DNA of 63,031 nt, the filler included, from Thermoplasmatota archaeon (GTDB lineage Archaea; Thermoplasmatota; E2; JACPAO01; JAHFTW01), in assembly GCA_041623215.1 (NCBI GenBank). It is 11 parts of 11 records of this genome, joined end to end, with 100 filler letters (N's around TTAATTAATTAA, not from the genome) between each part and the next. Parts side by side here need not be neighbours in the genome. Positions count along the whole stretch, not along the records: positions 34,852 to 40,456 come from JBFJXH010000117.1; positions 40,557 to 46,143 come from JBFJXH010000118.1; positions 46,244 to 51,818 come from JBFJXH010000119.1; 8 more parts are not named here. One strand, written 5' to 3'. Position numbers and translations under genes: made by a program. Position 1 is the stretch's first letter; every line of letters begins with the position of its first letter. Shown here piece after piece: positions 38,697 through 49,117 of the stretch. A model generated the notes under the pieces. It saw only the letters and a program-made list of their open reading frames with translations. It had not been told where the DNA came from and did not search any database.

Positions 38697-39968
38697 TTAC
38701 GCGTACAGGCCGGCCGCATGCGGAGTCATGGTGCTGGTGAGGCTCCCAGATTCGTAACGGTCCACGGCGGCCATGAAGTCCTCGTGGGTGATGTAGGCAT
38801 GTTCCGCACGGACGGCGCGCATCCCCGCCTCGGTACAAATCGCTCGGATGTCGGCCCCTGTCAGCACCGGCCCCAGTCGGTCCACGATGGCCTGGAAGCG
38901 GACGCCTCGGTCCAGCTTCATACCGGCCGAGTGAATTTGGAAGATGGCCATCGCCTCCTCTGGTGATGGCAAGGGGACGTTGATGATGCGGTCGAAGCGC
39001 CCTGGTCGTGTGATGGCGGGGTCGAGGATATCGGCTCGATTGGTTGCCGCCAGAATCCGAACGTCGCCGCGAGCTTCAAAGCCATCCAACTCGGCCAGGA
39101 GTTGCATGAGTGTCCGTTCCACTTCTCGACCACTCACATGGCCGTCGTCGGTCCGGCGGGCCGCGATGGCATCGATTTCGTCAATGAAGATGATGCTTGG
39201 CGCTTTCTGCCGGGCAAGCTCAAACACGTCTCGCACGCGCTTGGCGCCCTCGCCAATCCATTTCTGGACCAATTCGCTGCCAACCAGGCGGATGAAGGTC
39301 GCATCCGTGGCATTGGCGACAGCCTTCGCAAGAAGGGTTTTCCCGGTCCCGGGTAGCCCCGTCAGTAGTACGCCCTTGGGTGGTTGCACGCCAATCTGCT
39401 TGTACAGTTCTGGCCGCGTCAGCGGGTATTCAACCGCTTCTCGCACCTCATCAATGATGCGCTCCAGGCCGCCAACTTGGGCGTAGGTCACGTCCGGAGT
39501 CTCCGTCATTTCTGTTGCTGCCACGAGCGGGTCGTGGCTGGGGGGCAGAATGCCGACCACGGTGAGATTTTGCTGGTTGAGGCTCACGCGCGTTCCTGGC
39601 TCCAAGGCGTCACGGTCCACAAACTCGGCGATGGGCACGACAAAGTTGGGTCCGGTGGAACTCTTGACCACGGCGCGTCCGTCCACCAGGAGGTCCAGGA
39701 TGCGACCAACCAGCAGCGGAGGCTGCTTGACCTTCTCAAGCTCCACCGTTAACCGCTGCAACTCGCGCGTCAGGTTTTGAACCTCGGTGCGCAGGTGCTT
39801 AACCTCCTTGTCGGCAGCCTTCTTTTCGTCTTCCAATTCGTCCGCCCGCTCCTGAAGTCGCACCGCTTCGGCCGCAGGCATCGCGGAGTTAGGCGACGAA
39901 TCGGGCGCGTCGGCTGCACCACCGTCCGCCTTGGACCGTTTTCCCGTAGTCTGGGTGGATGGTGGCAA
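38697..39968 (-). CDS. pan: Proteasome-activating nucleotidase
   Basis: Coiled coil, PPLLVG, VVKSSTGP OB domain, GLPGTGKT, IFIDEIDAI, MQLLAELDGF, RPGRFDR; C-terminal HbYX motif (LYA). Confidence 0.95.
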   Translation of the reverse strand: MPPSTQTTGKRSKADGGAADAPDSSPNSAMPAAEAVRLQERADELEDEKKAADKEVKHLRTEVQNLTRELQRLTVELEKVKQPPLLVGRILDLLVDGRAVVKSSTGPNFVVPIAEFVDRDALEPGTRVSLNQQNLTVVGILPPSHDPLVAATEMTETPDVTYAQVGGLERIIDEVREAVEYPLTRPELYKQIGVQPPKGVLLTGLPGTGKTLLAKAVANATDATFIRLVGSELVQKWIGEGAKRVRDVFELARQKAPSIIFIDEIDAIAARRTDDGHVSGREVERTLMQLLAELDGFEARGDVRILAATNRADILDPAITRPGRFDRIINVPLPSPEEAMAIFQIHSAGMKLDRGVRFQAIVDRLGPVLTGADIRAICTEAGMRAVRAEHAYITHEDFMAAVDRYESGSLTSTMTPHAAGLYA

Positions 39969-40036
39969 GTCCCCCTCCAGTTCGCTTCATTAAGGAGGCG
40001 GCTTTAGGAGTTGCCGTCCAGCATTGGAGGAGAATC

Positions 40037-40456
40037 ATGGAATGCGAAATGTGCGGCAGCAAGGTAGGCACTCGACGGTACCGGGTCGATGGCAGCGTGA
40101 TGCGCTTGGGTGCCTGCTGTGGCAAGTACGGTGAACTCATCGATGCACCGGCGTCGGCAGGGCCTGCTGGCTCGGCGGGGGCCGTCGAACAGGGCTTGCG
40201 GCGACGGGCGGCACGAACCACTGGTCGAAGCGTGTACGACGGGGACGACATGGACCTCGTCGAAGACTTCGGCAAGCGCATTCGACTGGCGCGCGAGAAG
40301 AAAGGCATCAGCAAGGAAATTCTTGGTGGCAAGGTGGCCGCGCGCGTGCCGCAACTGAACCAGATTGAAGCTGGGAGCCTCCGGCCGAGCGAACGCCTCG
40401 CGAAAGCCTTGGAGCGAGAGCTCGGTATCACCCTCATGGAGAAAGTCGATGTGCCA
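40037..40456 (+). CDS. Archaeal multiprotein bridging factor aMBF1, 3'-partial
   Basis: CEMCG zinc ribbon, LVEDFG.RIR.ARE HTH, IEAG.LRP...A..LE..LGI.L. Confidence 0.93.
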
Positions 40457-40556
40457 NNNNNNNNNNNNNNNNNNNNNNNNNNNNNNNNNNNNNNNNNNNN
40501 TTAATTAATTAANNNNNNNNNNNNNNNNNNNNNNNNNNNNNNNNNNNNNNNNNNNN
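40457..40556. other. Artificial contig linker
   Basis: N-run + TTAATTAATTAA. Confidence 0.98.
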
Positions 40557-41090
40557 GACCCGTTCGCTGATGCCCCGCGCCCGACACAGGACATTCCGGC
40601 GGAGCGTTGGGACGCTCCGTCCTCCGGCTACGACCCGGCGCGGCCTCCAAGCCAAGCGCACGTCGCGGCGGCATACGCACCTCCAGTCCAGTCCAGTCCG
40701 TCTCGCACGCCGCCCGGACCACAGGCGTCGGCCAGCGTTGAATTCCAAGTCAAGGACCGCACCGCGTGGCCGGGAGCCCAGAAGAACACATGGCGCGGCA
40801 CGGGCATCGACGAGGAATCGGACCGGGCCCATCCACGGCGCTACCCCCGCCAGCAATTCACGGAGAAATATACGCGTACCACGCCGTTGGTGCGCTCCAT
40901 CATTGACAACGGTCCCCCTGAACCCAAGCCGGCGCCCCAGCCGGGAGCTGGCCAATTCCAAGCGGCCCCGCCGCCTGACAAGACGCGCGGTGCCTGCGGT
41001 CGCTGCGGCACCATTCTGCTGGCTCCCAAGGAGCGCCCAATCAAGATTCGCTGCCCCGTGTGCTCCAAGACGACGCTGCTGGACCGCTGA
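40557..41090 (+). CDS. Pro-rich protein with C-terminal zinc ribbon, 5'-partial
   Basis: Frame open from contig start; CGRCG...RPIKIRCPVC. Confidence 0.65.
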   Translation, partial: DPFADAPRPTQDIPAERWDAPSSGYDPARPPSQAHVAAAYAPPVQSSPSRTPPGPQASASVEFQVKDRTAWPGAQKNTWRGTGIDEESDRAHPRRYPRQQFTEKYTRTTPLVRSIIDNGPPEPKPAPQPGAGQFQAAPPPDKTRGACGRCGTILLAPKERPIKIRCPVCSKTTLLDR

Positions 41091-41150
41091 AGCAGTCCGG
41101 GCAAGTGGACAACGAAGGCTCCTTGAGCCGAAAGCGACCGTGCCGGTTCT

Positions 41151-42869
41151 ATGACGAGCCGTGAATCCGTCACCGTCCGGCTAGACTGCACGCGCCCGGC
41201 AACCCACTTGGTGCGAGTGACCCAAACCTTCCCTGCAACAAATGACGCGACGCGCGAGTTTCGCATGGCCGCCTGGGTGCCAGGGTCGTACAAGATTCGG
41301 GACTTTGGCCGCCACGTGCAGGACTTGACCACCGCTACGGGGCGGGTCAAGCAGACCGGCAAGGACGCCTGGACCGTGTCGGGTTGCCGCGGCAAACAGG
41401 TCGAGCTGACCTATGACGTCTATTGCCGAGACTTAACGGTGGACACGAGCCATGTGACGGCGGACCACGCGCATGTCTTTCCGGCGACCGTTGTGCTGTA
41501 CGACAACGACAGTCGGATGCGGCCTTACGCAGTGGATGTGAAGCTTCCGCGTGGGTGGTCGCTGTGGTCCGGCTTGGAAACTGCGGAGGGCAGCGGCAAA
41601 CTGGCGACGGCGTCCAACTACGATCACCTCATCGATTGCCCCATCGAGGCAGGGCCCGCACGGGACTACGACGTGCAAACCTTTACCGTCCGGAAGCGGC
41701 GGCACCGCATCGTTACATGGCGCCCGCCCGCCGACTTTGATGCCGTTCGCGTGACGCGGGATGTGCGCGCCATTGTGGAAGCCACGGCCCGCCTCTGGGG
41801 TGGCCTGCCGTACGACCACTACACCTTCATTAGCCACGTCGCCGCAGACCACGGCGGAGGGCTCGAACACCGAAACAGTACGGTCCTGGGGGTGGCCCCC
41901 GAGCATTTGGTCAATGACAAGCTATTGAAGACCCGCTTCTACCCCCTGGTGGCGCACGAGTTCTTCCACACCTGGAACGTGAAGCGAATCTTGCCGGCAG
42001 CGTTCCAACCGTACGATTTGCAGCGCGAAGTTTACACCGACCTTCTGTGGCTGTTTGAGGGCTTCACCACCTACTACGAATTGCCGCTACTGGCTCGTGC
42101 CGGCGTCGTAGCGGAGGAGGATGTTGGCACCATCGCAGCCGAGATGCTCAAGTTCTACGAAATGGCCATTGGCCGTCACCGCCGCAGTGTGTCCGAGGCA
42201 AGCCGCCTGACGTGGAGTCTCCTTTACCAACCGCATGAACACAACGTCAATCGCAACGTAAGCTACTACACGAAGGGCCTGTTTGTGGGGCTATGCTTGG
42301 ACTGGCATCTTCGAACCAACGGTGTGAGCGATGGTCTTGACACCGTGATGCGGTATCTGTGGAAACACCACGCCGAAGCCGGCGTAGCCGAAGACGGCTT
42401 TGCCGCTATTGTAGCCGCGGCGACGGGAGTGGACGTGGCCGCAAAACTCCGCAGTTGGACCGAGGGAACAAGCGAATTGCCGATTGACAAGGCGTTTCGC
42501 GACCTAGGATTCAAGGTGACGCGAGAGTTTGCTGACCCGGAGCGAAAACTGGGCCTCGGGGTGCATTTCAAGGAGGGCGACCGGGCCTTGATTGAGCGCA
42601 TTCCGGAAACCAGTCCCGCCGCCGGCGTGTTGCAGCCAGCTGATGAAGTGGTGGCTGTGAATTCCTATCAATGGAATGCCAAGCGGTTTGCGCAGGTCGT
42701 TGCCCACAAGGAAGCAGGTGATTCGGTCCCGGTGGCTTTCTTTCGCGAGGGAAGGCTCCGTGAGGCGGATGTTCCCCTCACCGAGTTGACGAAGGACAAG
42801 ATTAGTGTCAAGGTCCGCAAGGGCGACGCTGCTGCCACGCGGCGCCGAAGGGCCTGGCTCGGCCTCTAG
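41151..42869 (+). CDS. M61 glycyl aminopeptidase with PDZ domain
   Basis: W.PGSY.IRDF, GGGLEHRNS, AHEFFHTWNVKR, LW.FEGFT.YY, SYY.KG, C-terminal PDZ. Confidence 0.93.
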   Translation: MTSRESVTVRLDCTRPATHLVRVTQTFPATNDATREFRMAAWVPGSYKIRDFGRHVQDLTTATGRVKQTGKDAWTVSGCRGKQVELTYDVYCRDLTVDTSHVTADHAHVFPATVVLYDNDSRMRPYAVDVKLPRGWSLWSGLETAEGSGKLATASNYDHLIDCPIEAGPARDYDVQTFTVRKRRHRIVTWRPPADFDAVRVTRDVRAIVEATARLWGGLPYDHYTFISHVAADHGGGLEHRNSTVLGVAPEHLVNDKLLKTRFYPLVAHEFFHTWNVKRILPAAFQPYDLQREVYTDLLWLFEGFTTYYELPLLARAGVVAEEDVGTIAAEMLKFYEMAIGRHRRSVSEASRLTWSLLYQPHEHNVNRNVSYYTKGLFVGLCLDWHLRTNGVSDGLDTVMRYLWKHHAEAGVAEDGFAAIVAAATGVDVAAKLRSWTEGTSELPIDKAFRDLGFKVTREFADPERKLGLGVHFKEGDRALIERIPETSPAAGVLQPADEVVAVNSYQWNAKRFAQVVAHKEAGDSVPVAFFREGRLREADVPLTELTKDKISVKVRKGDAAATRRRRAWLGL

Positions 42870-42911
42870 TGTGCCTTGGGCCACATCTTGTTAGGCCAAC
42901 CGGGGCCGCGC

Positions 42912-43688
42912 CTACGGCCGCGGCGTGGCCGCCGTTGGCTGCGGCGTCCAAGTCGCCTGGAAGCGGCCTGAGAAATCCTCGGCGAGGATGCGAAGCGTCC
43001 AATCTCCCTCGCCGGAGAAGGGCTGCGACAGCCCCCACGATCCACACAAACCTTGGCGCCACTGGGAGCCAAGCGGATTCGTCACATAGACATCGATGCA
43101 GCCAGCCGTTGAGGCAACGTCAATTGCCAGGTCAAAGGGGGCCTCGCTTGCATTGACGCGGAAGGCGAATGTGGCGTCGTCCGATAAGGCCCTGTACGTA
43201 GCATCCACAATGACGCGTTCGTCCGGCGTTGTTGGCCCCCAGTCCTGCAGCGGCTGCTTGGCGTCATCGGGGTCCCCGAACAGGGCGGGGGGCTGCCACA
43301 GGAGTAACGCCACGGCAGCGACAATCACAAACACTGTTAGGCCAGCTGCCGCTGCCGCGCGAGGCGCCATCTGCGGTGGCTGCGCCTTCTTTGCATCGGG
43401 GCTTACCATAATGGGTGACGCCACGAGGAGTTCGCCGGTGCGGCGGTCCAACAGGCCCCCCTGTTCGCCATAGCGAATTTCCAAGTCGATTGGCGCGGGC
43501 AGACGTCCCAGGACGTAGCTGACCACATCGTCACGACCCCAATCGGGGTGCTCGTCTGCCACCGCATGCATGGCGTCATCAAGTTGGTCCATGAAGGACG
43601 CCATGAGCCGGCGCTGCACCGGGACCGGCAGGTCCCGCAGCCGTCCTTGGACGGCCGCTAAGTGCGCCTGCAAGTCATGGGTTGCCAT
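42912..43688 (-). CDS. Single-TM protein with HAAS-like N-terminal helical domain
   Basis: HLAAVQGRLRDLP...RL....DQLDDA...VLGRLPAP; one TM; extracellular beta domain. Confidence 0.55.
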   Translation of the reverse strand: MATHDLQAHLAAVQGRLRDLPVPVQRRLMASFMDQLDDAMHAVADEHPDWGRDDVVSYVLGRLPAPIDLEIRYGEQGGLLDRRTGELLVASPIMVSPDAKKAQPPQMAPRAAAAAGLTVFVIVAAVALLLWQPPALFGDPDDAKQPLQDWGPTTPDERVIVDATYRALSDDATFAFRVNASEAPFDLAIDVASTAGCIDVYVTNPLGSQWRQGLCGSWGLSQPFSGEGDWTLRILAEDFSGRFQATWTPQPTAATPRP

Positions 43689-43768
43689 GGACGACCTCCA
43701 GTGGAGGTAGGGGTCATAAGAAGCTTGGCGTGCCCAACCTTCAAGGGACCACGGCCGGTCGACGCTCC

Positions 43769-45124
43769 ATGCGCCGCCGGCGAGCCGTCGTCACCACCCG
43801 CCGTGATGACCAGCCTGCGGGCGGCCAGGAGGCCTCGGCAGCTAGATCCCCCGCGATGGCGTGCCGCATGCGCCGCCTGGATGGCGACTGGGATGTCGCC
43901 ACCACGTTCCTGGCCGGTGGCGCACCGAGGGCCCTGTGGATGAAGGATGCCGAAACTTGGATGGTCGGCCATGGCGTTGCCTGGTGCGCCACGACTGAGG
44001 GGCCGCAGCGCTTCCAGGACGCTCGGAAGGCCCTTGCTGCTGTGGCGAGCCGCATGACGATTGAGCGTGGGCCCCACGTCCCCGAGCATTTGCACCCGAG
44101 GGCCATCGGAGGGTTTGCCTTCGACCCCGCCCATGCCGGAACGGGCGCCTGGTCAGGGTTCCCCGCAATGCAGTTCTGGTTGCCTCGTTCGGCGATTGTG
44201 GCCGATGCGGGGGTCTGCTACGAAGTTCAGTGCCAAGCGGTACCGGTTGGGGATGCAGCGGACGAGCCAGCGAAGTGCCTTGGTACCTTCGTGGAGGGTC
44301 CGTCTCCCGACCCCGATACCTCCTTGGAGGGATGGCAAACGGCGGTCACCACGGCCGTCGAGGCGATTGTAGCCGGTGATGTCGCCAAAGTGGTCCTAGC
44401 GCGAAAGCGCCGAGGTCCAGCGCTACGTCCCGATGCCGATGCCGCCTTGGTGGCTCGCCTGAGTGCCGGGGCCGGCGCAGCCTACATCGTCGAGCCCATG
44501 CCCGGGCACCGCTTCCTCGGCAAGACGCCGGAAACCTTGGTGGCCCACCACGGCGGGAAGATTCACACCCATGCCTTGGCTGGCAGCGCGCCGCGCCACG
44601 CCGACGAGGCCCGCGACGAACGGGTTGGACAGGCGCTGCTGGCGAGCCAGAAGGATATTCTGGAGCATGAACTCGTGGCGGCCTTCATTCGCGAACGTCT
44701 GAGTCGCCTTGGCTTGACGCCCCAGCAAGGTGCCCGGACGCTTCGCAAATTAGCTACGGTGCAGCACCTTGAAACCCCGATTTCGTGCCAATCGGAGTCG
44801 GCCATCCACATCCTTGACTTGGCCGCAGCCTTGCACCCGACGCCCGCCGTGGCGGGCAGTCCTCAGGAGGCGAGCTTGGCGTTAATCGGTGAATTGGAGC
44901 CTTATCGGCGAGGCTGGTATGCCGGTGCCGTCGGCTGGATTGACTTGCAAGGCAACGGGCAACTCAATGTGGCACTCCGCTGCGCCCTGGCCACTCCAGA
45001 CACTACGATTCAATTCGCAGGTGCTGGTATCGTGGCTGGCAGCAATCCCGACACGGAATGGGATGAAACTGAGCACAAGTTGGCGGCTCTGGATGCAATC
45101 ATGGCAACCAAGGATGACGCATGA
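43769..45124 (+). CDS. menF: Isochorismate synthase
   Basis: GGFAFD, KVVLAR, FLG.TPE.L, ALAGS, K...EH..V, QHL.T, LHPTPAV.G, RGWYAG.VGW, FAGAGIV; start approximate. Confidence 0.92.
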   Translation: MRRRRAVVTTRRDDQPAGGQEASAARSPAMACRMRRLDGDWDVATTFLAGGAPRALWMKDAETWMVGHGVAWCATTEGPQRFQDARKALAAVASRMTIERGPHVPEHLHPRAIGGFAFDPAHAGTGAWSGFPAMQFWLPRSAIVADAGVCYEVQCQAVPVGDAADEPAKCLGTFVEGPSPDPDTSLEGWQTAVTTAVEAIVAGDVAKVVLARKRRGPALRPDADAALVARLSAGAGAAYIVEPMPGHRFLGKTPETLVAHHGGKIHTHALAGSAPRHADEARDERVGQALLASQKDILEHELVAAFIRERLSRLGLTPQQGARTLRKLATVQHLETPISCQSESAIHILDLAAALHPTPAVAGSPQEASLALIGELEPYRRGWYAGAVGWIDLQGNGQLNVALRCALATPDTTIQFAGAGIVAGSNPDTEWDETEHKLAALDAIMATKDDA

Positions 45125-46143
45125 CCAACAACGAAGCATGGGCGGCCCATTTTGTGGAGGCGCTTGTGGCCGGGGGGATTCGCCATGCGGTGCTTGCCCC
45201 CGGGGCCCGCTGTGCGCCCTTGGCCTACGCGCTTCACCGGCATCATGCCATCAAGCTTCGAGTCCTTCATGATGAACGGGCAGCCGCCTTCTGCGCCCTC
45301 GGGGCTGCCAAGGGAACCGGTCAACCGGTGGCGGTGGTAACCACAAGCGGGACGGCTGTGGCGAATCTGCACCCCGCCCTCTTGGAGGCGCGGCACAGTT
45401 GTACGCCCCTCGTGGCCGTCACGGCCGACCGTCCACCTGGTGCCAGTGCCACCGGCGAAAACCAGACCATCGAACAGGCCGGCATTTTTGGGGGAGGCAT
45501 TCGCCACCGCTTGCTGCCCCTGCCGACCCCCCAGTCCCAGGCGGCAGCGAAGGCAACCATGAACTCGGTAGCCGACGACGTCGCAAGCGCCGCCGCCGAC
45601 GGCCGGCCACTCCATCTCAACGTGCCCTTTGACAAGCCGCTCATCGGGCCGGGTCAACCACCTGAAGGCACCTTGTTCACGGTCGAGCGTCCGTCCGTCG
45701 GCGAGTCGTCGGGCGCAAGCGTGGAGGTACCACGGGTTGCGGGCCGCGTACTGCTCATCGTTGGACCCGAGGTGCGACTGCCGCTCGACTGGCACAGCCC
45801 CGTGCCGATGTGGGCGGATGCCGTGGGGACCACGCGGGCAACCGTGGATACGTTGCCGGCGTTACCGCCAGCCGATGATGTGGACGCCGTCGTACAGGTT
45901 GGCGTCAACCCGACGGACGCCGAGGTGCTAGCCTGGCTTGCAGCGTGGGCCGGGCCACGTTATGTCATTGACCCGCTGGGCCGCTGCCCACCCGGGGCAA
46001 CTTCGCTGCCGGCAGCAGCTGGGCTCGTTGCAACGTTAGGGCTGGATGCCTGGACCTTGGATGCTGAGTGGCCTAGCCCCCCGGATGAGCCCGGCGTCTT
46101 ACTGCTGCAAGAAGTTGTCACAGATTTGGCGGCGAACGGCGGC
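45121..46143 (+). CDS. menD: SEPHCHC synthase (ThDP-dependent), 3'-partial
   Basis: PGAR.APL, DERAAAF.ALG, TTSGTAVANL.PA..EA, TADRP, NQTI.Q, HLNVPF..PL; ATGA overlap with menF. Confidence 0.9.
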
Positions 46144-46243
46144 NNNNNNNNNNNNNNNNNNNNNNNNNNNNNNNNNNNNNNNNNNNNTTAATTAATTAAN
46201 NNNNNNNNNNNNNNNNNNNNNNNNNNNNNNNNNNNNNNNNNNN
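46144..46243. other. Artificial contig linker
   Basis: N-run + TTAATTAATTAA. Confidence 0.98.
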
Positions 46244-46244
46244 C

Positions 46245-46835
46245 CTAGCTCTTGGAGTTGTGCCCCGGATCTGGCTGGCTCTGCTTGCCGCCGCCGCGCC
46301 CCCGGACCAACCGGGCGCAGGCTCGCAGTGTGGCTGGCACGCGCCATGTAAGCAACCATGTGACCGTGAGCACACCGACAAACAGGGCGAAATAGCGCGT
46401 ATCGGGCCAACCGATGGCGGTCAAGGCGGGGCCTCGAACCCAGCTTACGACCTTGGTGCCAAGAATGGCGTTTTGGGCGTATAGGGCGCCGTTGGCGAGG
46501 AACAAGTACAGGAACCAGCCGCTCCATTCGGGGTAAAACACCGTGCCGCCCCACAGCACAATGGCGATGCCTACGGTGTCAAAGGACGCGTCGAGGACGG
46601 CGCCGGTCCGCGACGCCATGTCGCCCGTTCTCGCCAGAATGCCGTCGCCGCCATCGAGGATGATGACGAGCGCAATGAGGCCCACGAAGACCAAGTTAAG
46701 ACCGTTCAGTGCGGCCCAGATCTCGAGCGCAAATACGGGAATCTGGGCGACGGTGAAGTGCCATGGCTTGACGCCTCGTGCCAGGAGCCATTGAGCGGCT
46801 TGGCGAAATGTGTCGTCCATGGGGCCTTTGGGCAT
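46245..46835 (-). CDS. CDP-alcohol phosphatidyltransferase family protein
   Basis: DGGDGILAR......S..GAVLDASFD signature. Confidence 0.9.
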   Translation of the reverse strand: MPKGPMDDTFRQAAQWLLARGVKPWHFTVAQIPVFALEIWAALNGLNLVFVGLIALVIILDGGDGILARTGDMASRTGAVLDASFDTVGIAIVLWGGTVFYPEWSGWFLYLFLANGALYAQNAILGTKVVSWVRGPALTAIGWPDTRYFALFVGVLTVTWLLTWRVPATLRACARLVRGRGGGKQSQPDPGHNSKS

Positions 46836-46901
46836 GCTACGGCTCCAATGCGCGCGGGGTGGCTTGACGCTCCTGCCGGCGCGGCAGCCCAGGGTTGCCG
46901 T

Positions 46902-48473
46902 TCACGATGCGCGCTCCCAAGTCGAGCCTGTGGCGTTATCGTGGATGATGTAACCGGCTGCCTGCAAGGCGTCGCGGATGGCGTCGCTGCGCCCCCAATC
47001 TTTGGCCGTCCGAGCCTCACTTCGCGCCGCAAGTAGACGCGCCATCAGGCCGTCTTCCGTCATGGCGCTCTCCGGGGTGACCCCGAGATTTTGCGCCACG
47101 GTGGTTAGTTCGGCGGGTGCTGCGGCCGGGGCTGCGATGACCACGGGTTCTTGGAACAGCGTCAACACTTGGCCACACGTTTCGAGCGCTTCCAAGGCGG
47201 CGCGCGCGGCGGAGGAGCCAACGAGACCCGTTTCCAGGTGGGCGTTGGCCTTCTTTTGGAACGTGAAGAGAGATGCCACAGCGCCGGGCGTGTGTACGTC
47301 GTCGTCCATGGCTTCACCAAAGTCCGCTACCATGGTGGTGGCGTCGGCGACGAGGGCGGCGTCCACGCCCGCACCTTTTCCCGACCCCGTGTCATCGGTG
47401 GGTGAGGCAGTCTCGGCCGAGCGCTGGTGGAGGCGAAGCCGGAGGCGACGCAGGCGCTCTAGGCCTTTGGTTGCCTCACGAAGCGCGTCTTCCTGGAAAT
47501 CAATCTTGGACCGGTAATGGGTGAGTGTGAAGTAATACCGCAAAGCCTCGGCGTCTGAACCGGCGGTTTGCATCTCATCCAATTGTTGTTTCAGGGTGAT
47601 GAAATTGCCGAGGCTCTTAGACATCTTTTGGCCTTCAACGTTCAAGAATCCGGTGTGCACCCAGTAATTGACGAAGGGTGCCGTGCCGCTTGCAGCCTGT
47701 GTTTGAGCAATTTCATTTTCGTGGTGGGGGAAGATGAGGTCCTGGCCGCCGCCGTGGATGTCGATGCAGTCACTGCCCAAGCTGGCTGTGCTCATGTGAC
47801 TGCACTCGATATGCCATCCGGGGCGCCCGTCGCTCCACGGTGATGCCCAGCGCGCGTCGGCGGGCTCATCTGGTTTGGCCGCCTTCCACAATGCAAAGTC
47901 GGCGGGGTGCCGTTTGTCCGTTTCAACGTCCTTCCGGGTGCCGGCCGCCATTTCTCGGTAGTCGCGGCGGCTTAGTGTTCCGTAGGCCGATTCGGGAAAC
48001 GTCTTCTGAGCGTACTCGTCGTAGCCAGGCACATCAAAGTACACGTTGCCGCCGTCCGTAGCATAAGCAAATCCGGCCGCCAAGATGCGCTCAATGAAGG
48101 AAACGATGCCTTCCATTGACGTGGTCGCGTGGGGGGCAATGTCTGGCGGTCGCACGCCGAGACGGGCCGATTGGCGTGCGCATTCCTCGTCCCATGTAGC
48201 GGCGTGCTCCAAGGGACTAACGCCGAGTTCGGTGGCGCGGGCAATGATCTTGTCATCCACGTCGGTGACGTTTTGGACAAACGTAACCTCGTAGGTGCGC
48301 TCTAACCAGCGCCGTATCACTTCGAATGCCACGGCTGTTCGAGCGTGTCCGATGTGCATGTGATCGTACACCGTCAGGCCACACAGATAGAATCCGACTC
48401 GGTGGCCTTGGGGGTCCCGGGGTACGAAGGTCTCCTTTCGGCGCGTGCGGACATTGTAGAGGCGCAGGGCCAC
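46902..48473 (-). CDS. cysS: Cysteine--tRNA ligase
   Basis: CGLTVYD..HIGH, DFALWK, GRPGWHIECS, DIHGGG.DL.FPHHENE, KMSKS. Confidence 0.97.
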   Translation of the reverse strand: MALRLYNVRTRRKETFVPRDPQGHRVGFYLCGLTVYDHMHIGHARTAVAFEVIRRWLERTYEVTFVQNVTDVDDKIIARATELGVSPLEHAATWDEECARQSARLGVRPPDIAPHATTSMEGIVSFIERILAAGFAYATDGGNVYFDVPGYDEYAQKTFPESAYGTLSRRDYREMAAGTRKDVETDKRHPADFALWKAAKPDEPADARWASPWSDGRPGWHIECSHMSTASLGSDCIDIHGGGQDLIFPHHENEIAQTQAASGTAPFVNYWVHTGFLNVEGQKMSKSLGNFITLKQQLDEMQTAGSDAEALRYYFTLTHYRSKIDFQEDALREATKGLERLRRLRLRLHQRSAETASPTDDTGSGKGAGVDAALVADATTMVADFGEAMDDDVHTPGAVASLFTFQKKANAHLETGLVGSSAARAALEALETCGQVLTLFQEPVVIAAPAAAPAELTTVAQNLGVTPESAMTEDGLMARLLAARSEARTAKDWGRSDAIRDALQAAGYIIHDNATGSTWERAS

Positions 48474-48553
48474 GAGCCGTGCACGTTGGCGCTGCCTTAA
48501 GGGCTGCTCGCGAGCGCCCCAACGATGAAGAGGGCCAGGGTACATGGCGCGCC

Positions 48554-49039
48554 ATGCGCTTTCTAGTGATTCTGGTGCCGTTGCTGCTCGCCCTCGCAAG
48601 TCCCACTCAAGCCGACGACGGGCGACCCTACGTCGTAACCATCAGCATCGAGAGCGGAGATGGTGCGTTGTTGCAACCGGGCGGAATCTTGCAAGCGATT
48701 GGCACGAATGACCCGGACCGTGCCAATGCGGTCGTGCGCGGCGTCGTCACCGTGCGCACGGCCAACAGTGCTCCAGCAGAAGGGGTGGACATCAAGGTGC
48801 TTCGCAGTCAGTCCGCGTATGGCAGCACCTTGGCCCAAGCGGGATGGGACGCCATGGCAATCCCTGTGTATGGTACGACGGACGAAAGTGGCACGCTCGT
48901 GTTCGCCTTGATGGGTCCAGGCGCCCGACTGCCAGGTCTCCACACCGTGCAAGCGAATGTCCTGATTGACGGGGTTGGCTACGAGGGTAGCGCTACCACG
49001 TATCGCGTGCACAATCCGGCGCAGGCAGTTTGGCCTTAG
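48554..49039 (+). CDS. Small secreted Ig-like protein
   Basis: Signal peptide MRFLVILVPLLLALASPTQA; TTDESG motif. Confidence 0.65.
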   Translation: MRFLVILVPLLLALASPTQADDGRPYVVTISIESGDGALLQPGGILQAIGTNDPDRANAVVRGVVTVRTANSAPAEGVDIKVLRSQSAYGSTLAQAGWDAMAIPVYGTTDESGTLVFALMGPGARLPGLHTVQANVLIDGVGYEGSATTYRVHNPAQAVWP

Positions 49040-49117
49040 GTCGGCCCAAGGACATGTCGCCGCGCGGGTTGGCGTCCTAGCAAGGAATCGGCATGGCCGT
49101 GTCGGCCGCTGGCGACT

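Noticed and set aside
38697..40456. pan-aMBF1, tuf-rpsJ and csl4-rpoL adjacency as novel
   Set aside because: Known conserved archaeal gene neighbourhoods
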